From: Trichoplax adhaerens
Lineage: Eukaryota; Animalia; Placozoa
Length of the DNA: 64,000 nucleotides
NCBI RefSeq assembly: GCF_000150275.1
Contig: NW_002060945.1
Coordinates: forward strand, 8,882,011 to 8,946,010
Reading direction: 5' to 3'
Positions within the stretch are counted from its first letter, which is position 1. Each line of letters starts with the position of its first letter. A program made the position numbers and the translations under genes. Positions 52,474-64,000 of this stretch are shown in pieces. The notes beneath the pieces were generated by a model. That model saw only the letters and a program-made list of their open reading frames with translations, was not told where the DNA came from and made no database searches.

Positions 52474-55400
52474 TTAACAAGAAGTATCACTTTCATGATG
52501 CTGGTTTTTATTTTGATCAGAAATTGCAGCCAAGATAGTTCGTAGCTCTTTCGAAATATTTTCTTCTAATCTGGTGAGCCTAGTATTTAAGATCGCAAAT
52601 TGTTGTTTTAATGCTTTAACTTCATTAGGTGTATAAATGGGAATTGCCAAATCGCCACTGTTTCTGTTAGATGCATCTTCGATATTATCATCATCGTCAT
52701 CAATGGATTCATCTTTCCGCATAACAGGGTTGATTGGTCTAACTTCCGAGCGATTATTACAACTCCTAATTTTGGGCTGACTAATAATCTTGTCAATAGT
52801 CTTCGAGAAGCTTGAGTCTCGGTAGATGACATTAGCATGCAATAAATTGGGGTCTTTTACAGAATCTTCTTTATGATGTCCTATTGATTCTTTTCTAGTC
52901 GTATTAGAGTAGGTAGCGGAGCGCTGCTGTCTGGTAGGTTCATCTGTGGGCTCTGGATATAAATGCTGCAAATTACGCGCTGATAGTGTTACAGCTACAT
53001 TAGGCCTTCTTGTACTATTGACTGGTACTTCATCGGATGTAGCTAATTCTTCCTCAGTTTGCGGTTCCGTTTTCTGAAAATGAAGTATACTTATTAGTAT
53101 GGGTATAATATTAAATAGCCACTAAAAAGCATATTAATTTAAATCGTGTAATAAAAAACAATCAATCTGGGTAATTTAGAAATATTTGCAATAGAATAAA
53201 AAGATTTGTTCCTACCCCTCTTAGATTAAATGTAATTTCAAGAGTATTATTAAAGTCTTCGGCAAATTCTGGATATGCATCTAGTACTTCAAGTAAACTT
53301 TCCTTGCTAATTATATTCAGATCACAATAGGTCAGCGCACGAACATTACCATTTGACTTTATCACCGAGCGATATTTATAAAAATTTTCCCCAAATACAT
53401 CTCCAACTCCTGTAATCATTAAAATGAAAAATTTATAGATTAGGTATTACCGTGACAATATTTTGGCGAAGTATAAGAGTATGAAAATATCACATTGAAC
53501 TAACCTAAAATAGCTACTACGACATCGTTTCGCAACACCTCTACCGATCCACGAGAAATGAAATAGAGAAAATTTAGCTTATCGCCTTGCATAACTAAGT
53601 AATCCCCAGGAGGATAGTGAGCAGATTCAATCTTGAAAGCTAAACTTCTTAGGCAGCTTGGCGTACACATTTTAAACGCAGTGGATTCTTTTAGTAAGTT
53701 TCGATTGAGATGTAGCGATACTTCAGCTTGCAAACTTTCAGGGAAACTTTTTAGTACCTATCAGGATAATTTCAAGTAAACTTTAGGAAGGATAACAATT
53801 CACGTGGCTAGATTTTTTTGTAATAATGCAGTGATTAGAGCTCCGATTACTAGTAACCAACCGATGACATATCAATTCCTTTATGATACGACCATGTATG
53901 TTGAAAATATTCCAATAGCCTACACTTTAAGTAATAAGGAATTTTGTGAAATTTTACAAATTCCTTTATCTTTTTCTTATGAGAATGGTAGCGGGCAGTG
54001 CTGGCATATATTCGTTGTATGATTGCTGTTACGTTACCAAAAATACTGGCAGACAGGAGAGCTATATATATATATATATAGATAGATAGATAGATAGATA
54101 GATATGAATTTAATACAGTAGAATATTTCGTCAATAAAAATTAAATAGAATCAAAGCAATAAGATAAACATAACCGACCTCCAAACCACATAACAACAAT
54201 AGCAAAAATCTTCTCCGAAGATGTATTAGCGGAAACATTTCCAAAACCAACTGTGGTCAAGCTGCTGAATGTGAAGTATAACGCGGTCAGGTACCTTTCT
54301 GTAATTGACGGTCCACTTACGCTAACGGATACGTTAAAAGGGCGATGGATTTCGTCTGCAAGCTTGTCTAACCAAGAATATTTGGGATTTGGTATAGAAG
54401 GTCGCTCAGCAATTGCAATAGCGTACCAGATGCAAGCAAGCCAATGAGCAATAAGTGCAAAAGCAAACATTAACAGAATCAAGATGGCAGCTCCTGTTTC
54501 AGAATAGCGATCGGCTTTACGTACGACACGAATAACTCGTAGAAGCCTTGCAGTCTTTAGTAAACCAATCAATGTTATTGTCTAAAAATTAAGACAGATA
54601 AAATTAGTCCATTTTAAATTACAGATGAGCTATAAAACTTTATAGGATTACTTGTAATATTGAATTCAGTCATATTGTAAGAAAGTAATAAGGATATGTA
54701 CAATTTTACACCGGATAGTATAATTATATTTTTAACAAGCACTCTTAACTTTTGTAGTACATCAGATCAAAAAGTAAAATAGATATAATTGTAATATTGT
54801 TATAAATTTTTACCTGCTCATTTTGTTCTCCTCCAATAAATAATTCGAAAGGAATTGCAGCAATAAGATCGATTATAAACCAACTCTTTAAATAATGTAA
54901 ACCGATCTTTTTCCAATCCGTGATAATCTCATCATTCGAATTGACGTAAGTCGTACGGAAATTTATTAGAATGTCAACAATAAAAGTAATGTCTACTATC
55001 CAATCAATGATAAAGAGGGGATCTGAATATGGGTTTAATACTCCATGATTCACTCTGGTCTCAGGATTACGATCAAGTATAGTACGCTGAACATCTTGAG
55101 CTATAATAAAGGAAGCTGTAAAAGGCGTAACTATAGCAGTATATAATACCATGATTAGAATAAGCCAGTCCCAAAATGCTTTTAAGATCGAATAATGTAT
55201 AATAGTGAATCTAGGAATTTGAATTTCTTCCAATTTATATTCCGGTAGATTAGGTTTATTCAATGATATCAACTATGAAATCATGATTTTTAATAATAAT
55301 TAATATAAATAATTATCAACAGTCTATCGCTTTAAAATAATCACACTATAAAAAAGCATTCTTAAATTTTTAGTATGCTGCATAAATGCTACTTGGAATA

Positions 55401-58400
55401 TAATAACAATGAGCTAAAATGTGAAGTAATCTGTAGCAATCAAAAAATTATTGTTTGTAGCAAACCTGCGGGATTTTAGGTTTAATTTGATCTTTAGGTT
55501 GGTTGCGATTATCTCCTTTACTATCAGTTTCTTTGCCGTCTTGGATACTAACACTTTCTGTATCGTTAATAGCAGAGGTTGAACGCCTTAGTTTGCTACG
55601 TATTTTATCGGAGATAGATTTGCCTGCTGCATCTGCACCGCGAGGAGCTGGAATGTTGAGAGTAACGCCAGAATCAACCCCGTCTTTACCGACATCAGTT
55701 GATTCAGAGTGAGATCTGTGCGTTATATTAATTTCACTACCGTCCATACTGGGACTTTTTTCAGCACTATTGCCATTTGGATCGTTATTCGAATTAGACG
55801 CTTTATCATCAGCATCGGTTTCGTCTCTCGATTGATCATCACTACTTGTCCTAGAAAGAGATTGCCACGGCGATTGATCTGATAATTTTCCTTGATTTGT
55901 AGATTGTTGATCGCCTTCAGTACTATCAGAACGAGACCATGGTTTATGAAAGCTTGCCATGAGTTTATTGCTGCTATTATATTTTTCAGCTAATTTATTT
56001 AATTTTGAGCCTGATACACACAAAGAATAATGATAATTAGAAATTAACTTAATTATTAATCGTGATACATCAGCTACCAACGCTTTATTACACTCTCCAG
56101 TTATAGTGTATCATCCAGCAGCTTATACAAGGCAGCATGTAAAAGCATAAAATCATTTATCAATTTATTACTATACGCGTATTATGGTATCGTATAGCAT
56201 ATCTCAATTTTTAATATTGTTCATAACATGAAATTACTACTCCTACTGATCTACATGGGGCCTAAACAACTTTTAAGATTGCCATCACAAAAATAGATTA
56301 ATATTCAAGTATCTATTTGGGTATTATTTACAAAAAATGTAGTTTACTATTGTTCAATTGAGTCCATTTATTAACTTACGTTTTGGTTGTTTTGTAGGCT
56401 CTTTAATTTCAGTTTGAATTTCTTCATGATTGATTAGATACATAACAATATTGTGATCTTCATTGAAGATTGGAGCAACATTTACACGTACGTAAACTGG
56501 CGCACCTGAAAGTATATCAATAGAATACCTCAAATGAATACCAAGTTGAAGATTAAAGGAACAATACATACGTGTAGGTATTATTATGAGAGCAAGTAAT
56601 CTCCGTTTAAGAATTGGAGAAGACTATAGAATTTTTAAATTACAAAATTGTTGAGTTAGTTATGGTAGTATTGTCTATCGTGTTATCAATTAGGATTAGA
56701 ATGTTGCTTTTTTATATATGTATGCATAATTTCAACAATAATCCAATGGAATAAAGCCATATAATAATGGTCAACAGTTGAAATTTATATGAGAGCATGG
56801 AAAGACAGCAGAAGGTATATAATATAAATTGCATTGCATATCGCGGTAGCATCTATGACATGAAGCACCTGACTGATTTTTTTGATGATGTATACTGTGA
56901 TTTTATAGCATGTAATGGTTTGGAGCATAGATATTATTAGGCAGTCATGATGATACAATAAATTAATTATATCATACTGGATAAAAATAAATATTCCTGC
57001 TGTAATTAATTAACATCTTTGCTAACATGTGTAAAGTTACAAAAGATCTGTAAGACATGGATTTTGCATCATGATTTCATTTTATAAGAGTCAAAATGAT
57101 AACAGCGATTACATGTTTAAAGGTTATTGTTTTGTACATCAGAATCAAGAATTGATGATTAAAAATGATAGAATTTAATTAATGTTTTTTTTCTCTTCCT
57201 TATTCATAACTATGACATCAATAGAGTTATGCTGATTAGCTAATTAAAGCTATTAAATGCATCGATGTTATTCATTTGTTAATGAGACATCAACAAATAG
57301 AAAGAGGTTCTCTCGAATAGTTTTAAAGTTTCATTATTCATCTACGGGTATCCATCATCACATCATTTGATGAGGTATATAAATAGAATTGCAAGCAACA
57401 GTGCTAGCTCTATCATTGATATTAATATTTCTGGCGTAGTAACTGTGCTAAATGATTGCAATATATGTTATGGGCTAAACCTGGATGATTACGACATTGA
57501 TCGTACAGTATTCTACATATTCATCTCTATATCTCTACACTATCACTGTACAAAATCATGGGTAGTATTGCTATATTGGACGCACTAATGATCATCATGC
57601 AAGAATTATGAAGGATAGGCTTGAGTAAAGCGTAATATCAAAATTATTTTGAAAAGATTTTGTCTATTGATGTTTCACTTATGGATATCGTTGAGAATTA
57701 TAAAGGCCGACAGTGAATGTAATTAAAGGTAAAAACTCCGATAGAGACATTATTAGGTAATTTACACATTGTGTGGAAAGGCTACAAGAAAAGATATCTA
57801 TAAGATCGTAATAATCTCATTATTGCATAATAAGTTGTAGAGTTGGACGATATGGGATGACAGAAAAAGCTGGAATATCAACTGTATATCCATTCGATGG
57901 AGGACTCAAAATACTGATCTTATAATCCAGAAACTGATTCAGGAGGGGGTATACACACCAGTTTAAAACGGGTGAAAGATAGTTATAACCATGGAGGCCA
58001 GTATGTTCTAGAATATTGACTGATGAATTAACCTTGTAAGTAGAGCGAATGTAGTCTAGAAACTGGATTAGAGCTACAGCTCGTATAGTTGAGCAGAGCG
58101 TTAGGCTAGTAGAGACTATTAGTAAATGATCTTAACATATGCACGCTCATTTCTGTGCCAAGTATGATGATATACAGCATTGGCTGATAAATTAGTTTTC
58201 CTTTACTAAATGAAATAGCATTATGGATCGATTTTACTTTACTTGTCGGTACTGCTAATATGGTCTATTTAATTGAATTAGCAGATAATACAGAGCATTC
58301 GTTGATGCAGTATATACAGTAGATGCTTTTGGAGCAATTTTACGTTTTCAATTTAAGGGATATGTAATAGAGTTGCTTAGTGAGACATGTTATTGTAGGC

Positions 58401-61312
58401 TCGTATATACAGTAGATGCATTTTGGAGTGGTGTCTCCAATTAAAGGTAAATGTTAGGATGGCAGTAATAGCGTTGATTAATGAGGCATGCTATTGCATA
58501 TATATATACATGGAGAGAAGATACATTTTGGAGTTATAGCTTAAATTCAAGGGTAAATGTATTGGAGTGGATTCAATAACTTTATAGAGCAATTCAATGT
58601 GTTTCATGACAGGGATATGTAATGGAGTTGATTAGTTAGGCATGCCAATATATATATACAGTACATGCCTTTTGGAGCAATTTTAAATTACTTGGATAAT
58701 AAAATGTAGTAGAGATAGTATTCTACTCGTCTATTTTCAACTAGTTTCACAAGACGTCTGCATTTTGACTCTTTCATGATTATGTTGTTGTCGCACTGGA
58801 AGGAATGAAATGATGTTGGACTATGACTGGATTTGAGTTTAGTTTAATGATATGCTTAAATGGGCCAGAAGCAATTAGGTTGAAAATGAATTTTGATTTG
58901 GTTGTTGATATAACAATTGTACCTTGAAAACTCTTCTCAACCATTGTCTAAATCAATCCTTATTTATTTTGGGGGGATGTAAGTAAAAGCCATGATACAA
59001 CGATTGCATGAGAACTTTCTTAAATACTACTGTAAACAATCTTGTCAAATCAATACGCTGTGGGATATCAAAGTGAACATAAAAACAAATTTCTCAACAA
59101 CGGGATGGAGAATACAAGTCATGATACGACGATTCTTTAGCCAATTTCCATGGAATCAGTAACAGATTTCGTTCTATATAACATGTACGTCTATGCGTTG
59201 ATGTGATATTGTAGCTAGCGATGATAGGAATTGAGCTATTTGAAATTGATCGATTTACTGCTGCACTCATTGCGCCCCCCCCCCAAAAAAAAATGACAAG
59301 GTTATCGATACTGTAGGCAGGAAATGTTCATGCTATTGGACATATCAAAGTATGTTATTTCCAATAGTGCGTTTTTATCATTATTGTACGATGATAGAGT
59401 AGAGCAAGATGAAAAAAAAAAGGATATGGTAACAGTAGAAAAAGAGCTATCCACTTGTACTACAGGGCAGTTTTTAAAGCAAGTTGAATAAGGGAGTAGA
59501 AATGAAGGCAGTGTCACCATTTTGTTTCCATGCAAAAGTCTTCACCTATTTTTGTCTACCACGCAAATGGTATCATAAAATGTTACTGGCAGCAATAGTC
59601 TTCTCATGGCTGTGGGTGAATAAGGATAATAGTTTTGCTACTTTAGTTGAAAAAATGTCTGCAGGGGGCAGCGTATTGATCAACGTTGAATTATGGTTGA
59701 TATCAATTTATGGTCTAGTTTATTTTTGGCCATTTATTGTAAAATGCAGCACAAAAGTCATATTATCCAGTACAAGGACTAAGACATTTGCTCTTCTTCT
59801 ATACGCCTTGATTAACATGGCGTAAACTAGTTGTTACTAAGGTATTGATTTTGCAATGAATTGCATAGTATTGAAAGTTACTATAGCCAATGTTGCTTAA
59901 TTGCTATGGAACTGCAATACCCTTTCTATTGCAAACAAATCCCATCTGGTAGTGGAACGTAAAAGGCCAAAGTCTATTCGATCGGCCATGTTCATTGTAA
60001 CTCAGCGTTGGAAGGCGATGATGTTTTTTCTTTCGACTATAACTTAACTACAAGTTTTCGGTCTTTTTTTTTTTCAACCACTGTCACCCATAGTTAACTG
60101 GCAACTGTTTCTATTTTATTTCATTTTCGTCATGATTGATATTTGTAGTAGAATCGTTGATACAGACTGGGTTGGGTAGTTTTTTTTTTTTTTTTTTATT
60201 CCCTGTATCGCTTTCTTCATTGCATATACTGTAAAGACAATCAGTTATTGTGTTGTTGACTGAACAAGAAGGATATTATTTTGATTGATTGACTTTGAAA
60301 ATGGTGCTAAAGTACAGCAGACAACGACATCAATATGGCTACAAAGTAAGGTATAAAATGGACGACTCAACATTGCAATTGCCTATACAAACAAGCGATT
60401 GCATGATTCTATTCGTGGTCATGACATAGGGGATAAGGTTATTATTGTAATGGCCATTCTTACTACAATGTGTACCTACATCATTTTACGCCATATTGCA
60501 TCTTTTCTACTATAAACAAATACAATTTTTCATCAACAAAACGAGGTAATCGCCTTGCACAACAATTGCCATGGACATTCTATCGACTGTATTTTTAATG
60601 GGATTGAAACAAAGCAAAGTGATGGAGTTTTTGTCGTTTAGCTTTACATCAAAGTCTGTGCATGGCTAGTAGGTAGAGTAAGTGTGTGTGTGCTGTCTTG
60701 GCAAAGGATTAGCAACGTCTAAGAGGTTCTTCTTCATGACTGCACACGCAGTTTTTCTTGCAGCAGTCCATGTTCTGCTTTAGCATGGCCTGGACATAAG
60801 ACTGTACAGTGTACAGTCCATGCTTGTTATGGGCCAAGATAGGACAGGGTACATGTCCCATCTTGACTGAATTTTGAAAAGCAAAATGACGATCAATCAG
60901 AGCAGTTTTTAAATTACTTTTAGGTAAAGGAGGGGAAGCGAGAAAATCAATCAACAATCCAATGGTGATTACAACATGAATCAACTACTGTTGATAAGCA
61001 ATGAAAGCAAGTATCATGGATGAAAGTCATGGGAAAAGGACAATCATTGTACGATAGTTTATTCTTAAATTTGCGGCTTACCGTCATATTTATACAAGAC
61101 AACATCTATTTGCTGCTCATTAGGTTCATGGAGGAAACGGTAAATGGTCTCTAATGCTTCTGGACTTGTTCGTTCTCCTTTGAAAAACTTGCAATCGCTG
61201 CTGGTTTGCATTAGCGTGGCTCGAGAGTAACCATATAACTTACAAATTCCATCATTACAATATATAATGGGTAATTCTTCCAGGACCGCATTGGCCAAGA
61301 CAAAATTTCGAC
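52474..61312 (-). CDS. KCNH2: Voltage-gated K+ channel, EAG superfamily, ERG (KCNH2/6/7) subfamily; first coding exon not securely located
   Basis: PAS exon 61312-61082 (RNFVLANA...IIYCNDG...), S1 [18 protein letters not shown]4 [22 protein letters not shown] and pore [17 protein letters not shown]-linker and CNBHD follow (VRALTYCDL, intrinsic ligand FNL as in ERG rather than YNL), then a C-terminal coiled coil [20 protein letters not shown]. Stop at 52476-52474. Confidence 0.94.
54063..54104. repeat. Compound (TA)n(GATA)n microsatellite at an ERG splice acceptor
   Basis: tatatatatatatatatagatagatagatagatagatagata lies directly next to the exon that starts at 54061 on the minus strand. Confidence 0.92.
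58300..58690. repeat. Degenerate about 95-bp repeat in the long ERG intron
   Basis: tatatacagta(g/c)atgc(a/c)ttttggag and agggatatgtaat(a/g)gagttg(c/a)ttag motifs recur at about 58311, 58404, 58503 and 58653. Confidence 0.7.
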
Positions 61313-62059
61313 CTATGAATGAATTAATGTTGAACCACCATTACTATTTGTTCATTACAATCCAACACAGACACGCTCATCATCAAGTTGCAATCATTGA
61401 CTATTTCATTTATTTTTTTTGGCCCTTTTTTGAAATGTTCTGAAATCTTTGTTTTTCAATACATCAGAAACAAATAGCAATATCTGTTGATTCGTAATAT
61501 TGACATCATTGACTGTCCAACATCATTAAATTACATAACATTTATTGCGATGTTGGTTATTATTTTCATGGATACAGTAGGCGCACATTGCGTGGTCAAG
61601 TCGTGTAGTAATGGAGGGAATTGCATTGAAACTGTGGCAATTGGGGTCGTTCTGTGTAAGCTTAGATGGAACATCATTTTTAATATTACCATGATACAGT
61701 GGATAAGAGCCATTCAAAATAGAAAAAAAATGGCTAAAGAATGAATGTTGACGACGATGAGAAGGCATCTTGGCATGTTACTGAGTGCCTCCAACAAAGT
61801 TAATGGACATGAATTTTGAAGCAACCCTACCATGCCAAACGGCAGATGAAAAAACGCTTCATGATATAGTAGTATCCACTCTTTCACTGCGGTAGTAGCC
61901 ATGCTTGGCATAATGTAGACCATCGCTAACAAAACACATCATGTTGTTTCGTGATCATCATGTTGAAGAATAACAGCAACATGCAATTTGAAAACAGCAG
62001 TACGAGTATTTCGCGGTCTATCTCTCTCCATATCATTGGACGACAGTAGACCGTTGTAG

Positions 62060-62882
62060 AGTTGTAGCAGTGGATCGGATTGCAACAATTCTGAGTATTG
62101 CCGTTAAACAAGATTACTGTCCTGTCTACGGCGACACTGATGTTGAAGTAGTGGATAGGATTGCAACAATTCGGAGTATTGCCGTTAAAAAAAAACTACT
62201 GTCCTGTCTACGACGACACTGATGTTGAAGTAGTGGATAGGATTGCAACAATTCGGAGTATTGCCGTTAAAAAAAAACTACTGTCCTGTCTACGACGACA
62301 CTGATGTTGAAGTAGTGGATAGGATTGCAACAATTCGGAGTATTGCCGTTAAAAAAAAACTACTGTCCTGTCTACGGCGACACTGATGTTGAAGTAGTGG
62401 ATAGGATTGCAACAATTCGGAGTATTGCCGTTAAAAAAAACTACTATACTGTCTACGGCGACATTGGCGATCGATTGATGTTGTAGTAGTGGATTGGATT
62501 GCAACAATTCGGAGTATGGCCGTTAAAACAAGTAAAACAAGACTACTATACTGTCTACGGCGACATTGGCGATCGGTTGATGTTGTAGTTGTGGGTCGGA
62601 TTGCAACAATTCGGAGTATTGCCGTTAAAATAAAACTACTATACTGTCTACAGCGACATTGGCGATCGATTGATGTTGGAGTAGTGGATCGGATTGCAAC
62701 AATTCGGAGCATTGCCGTTAAAATAAAACTACTATACTGTCTACAGCGACATTGGCGATCGATTGATGTTGGAGTAGTGGATCGGATTGCAACAATTCGG
62801 AGCATTGCCGTTAAAATAAAACTACTATACTGTCTACAGCGACATTGGCGATCGGATTGATGTTGGAGCAGTGCAACAATTG
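62060..62882. repeat. Tandem array of about 10 units in two subtypes (81-82 bp and 92-102 bp)
   Basis: Anchor gccgttaaa occurs at 62100, 62181, 62263, 62345, 62427, 62519, 62621, 62714 and 62807. Confidence 0.96.
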
Positions 62883-64000
62883 TGTTATCCTTTGATGTAT
62901 TTGGAGTGAATTACTAAAACGAATGTCGTCCACTTTGGGGGCTACTAAAATGATGAATGAAAAAGTGACAGTATTAGCATCCACCAAAATTGTTAGCATA
63001 GAGCAAGCGATGATGATGGATGTAGGCAGATTGCAAGCAAATACATGGATTTAATTTAAAATCAGGATGTCCATGATTGTTGTGTGGTCTATCAAAGTCC
63101 GCTGCAGTTCAGATTAATTAGTGGACATCGACTGTGTATCAATAATATTGTATTGAGTTCCATGACCATGAATTGAGATTGTTCCAGCATCGCTTCTTTT
63201 TGCAATCAACTGATTGACACTAGTGGAAAAACACAAGACAAATCCATTACTTGTCCATTGCTCAACATCCATGCTTGCCTGTGATTGTACGTAAATCAAT
63301 GTTGACAAACTTGTTTCAACTTGAGCTAACTAAGCGTAACATGGACTACTGTATGGCAGAAAAAAAACAAAGTATTTTTCAAAGTAGTTACGGCCTAAAT
63401 GGCAGGGTCAATATTAGCGCAAAAAAGGATCCATCAAGGCCCCATTTTCTCCGATCGTTTCCCATCGCCTTGATCCACTTGAATTTATATTCAAGGATTG
63501 GCTGGTGTCCATTTTCAATCTTGAAGGCAAGACGACGATCCCCCCCCCCCCAAAAAAGAAATTGTTACTACCATATTATCGCCATCATCCTCTACTAAGG
63601 TTGATGGAACGATGATGCCAATCGCTACTCATGTTCTACTACTGGATGGATACTGTCGGCGGAGGGACGTCTTGTGTTTGTTGTTGATTTGATTAAAACA
63701 GATTTGATCGACATCAAAGGGTAAAAAGAATGGCCATGGATCGATGATGACTACTACAATCGATTGATGACATGGTTTACGGATAGCAATGCATTACAGT
63801 AAGCTGATCTCTCCATCAACATGATGAAGAGATCGATCAACCTTGTCAAAAGTGCAAGCAAAGGCTAGTGATGTCGCTTGCATTCTTTCAAGGGTAGCGT
63901 ACTGGAAATAAATCAAAGTCTTGCGTGTTATGCTAGGTAAGATCTAGGTCTGACTCCTTCTTGTCTACCGCATGCTATCCTTGATCAAGCATGGTTATCC

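Noticed and set aside
1-61312. U12-type (AT-AC or GTATCCTT) introns
   Set aside because: All junctions inspected were GT-AG with ordinary donors, and the ATCCTT motifs seen were not at exon boundaries; not every TRRAP junction was checked.
62431-62860. Repetitive 123-124 aa ORFs on both strands
   Set aside because: They result from a 93-bp (31-codon) repeat unit without stops; there is no splice or homology support and the frame breaks in the 82-bp units.

Overview
AT-rich, intron-dense eukaryotic (animal) genomic DNA. Short GT-AG introns (mostly about 70-130 bp) and compact gene spacing suggest a basal metazoan such as a placozoan (Trichoplax-like); this is inference only. Five spliced protein-coding genes are recognisable: TRRAP (minus, runs off the window start), an ARHGAP12/27-family SH3-WW-PH-RhoGAP (minus), a DNAJB6-like Hsp40 (minus), a white-type ABCG half-transporter (plus) and an ERG/KCNH2-type K+ channel (minus, first exon uncertain). 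Non-coding DNA holds several unrelated tandem arrays (158, about 207, 90, about 213, 99/120 and 82/93 bp units). The most unusual pattern is a recurring module upstream of three gene 5' ends: a (GTACT/GTACA)n tract followed closely by a tandem array, with a hairpin at the junction in two cases. Other notable items are a 3.2 kb intron-free TRRAP exon, predicted 14- and 19-nt microexons, an HSE+TATA upstream of the Hsp40 gene, and an ERG channel lacking the hERG Y652 drug-binding residue. No rRNA, tRNA, CRISPR array or transposase ORF was recognised by eye.
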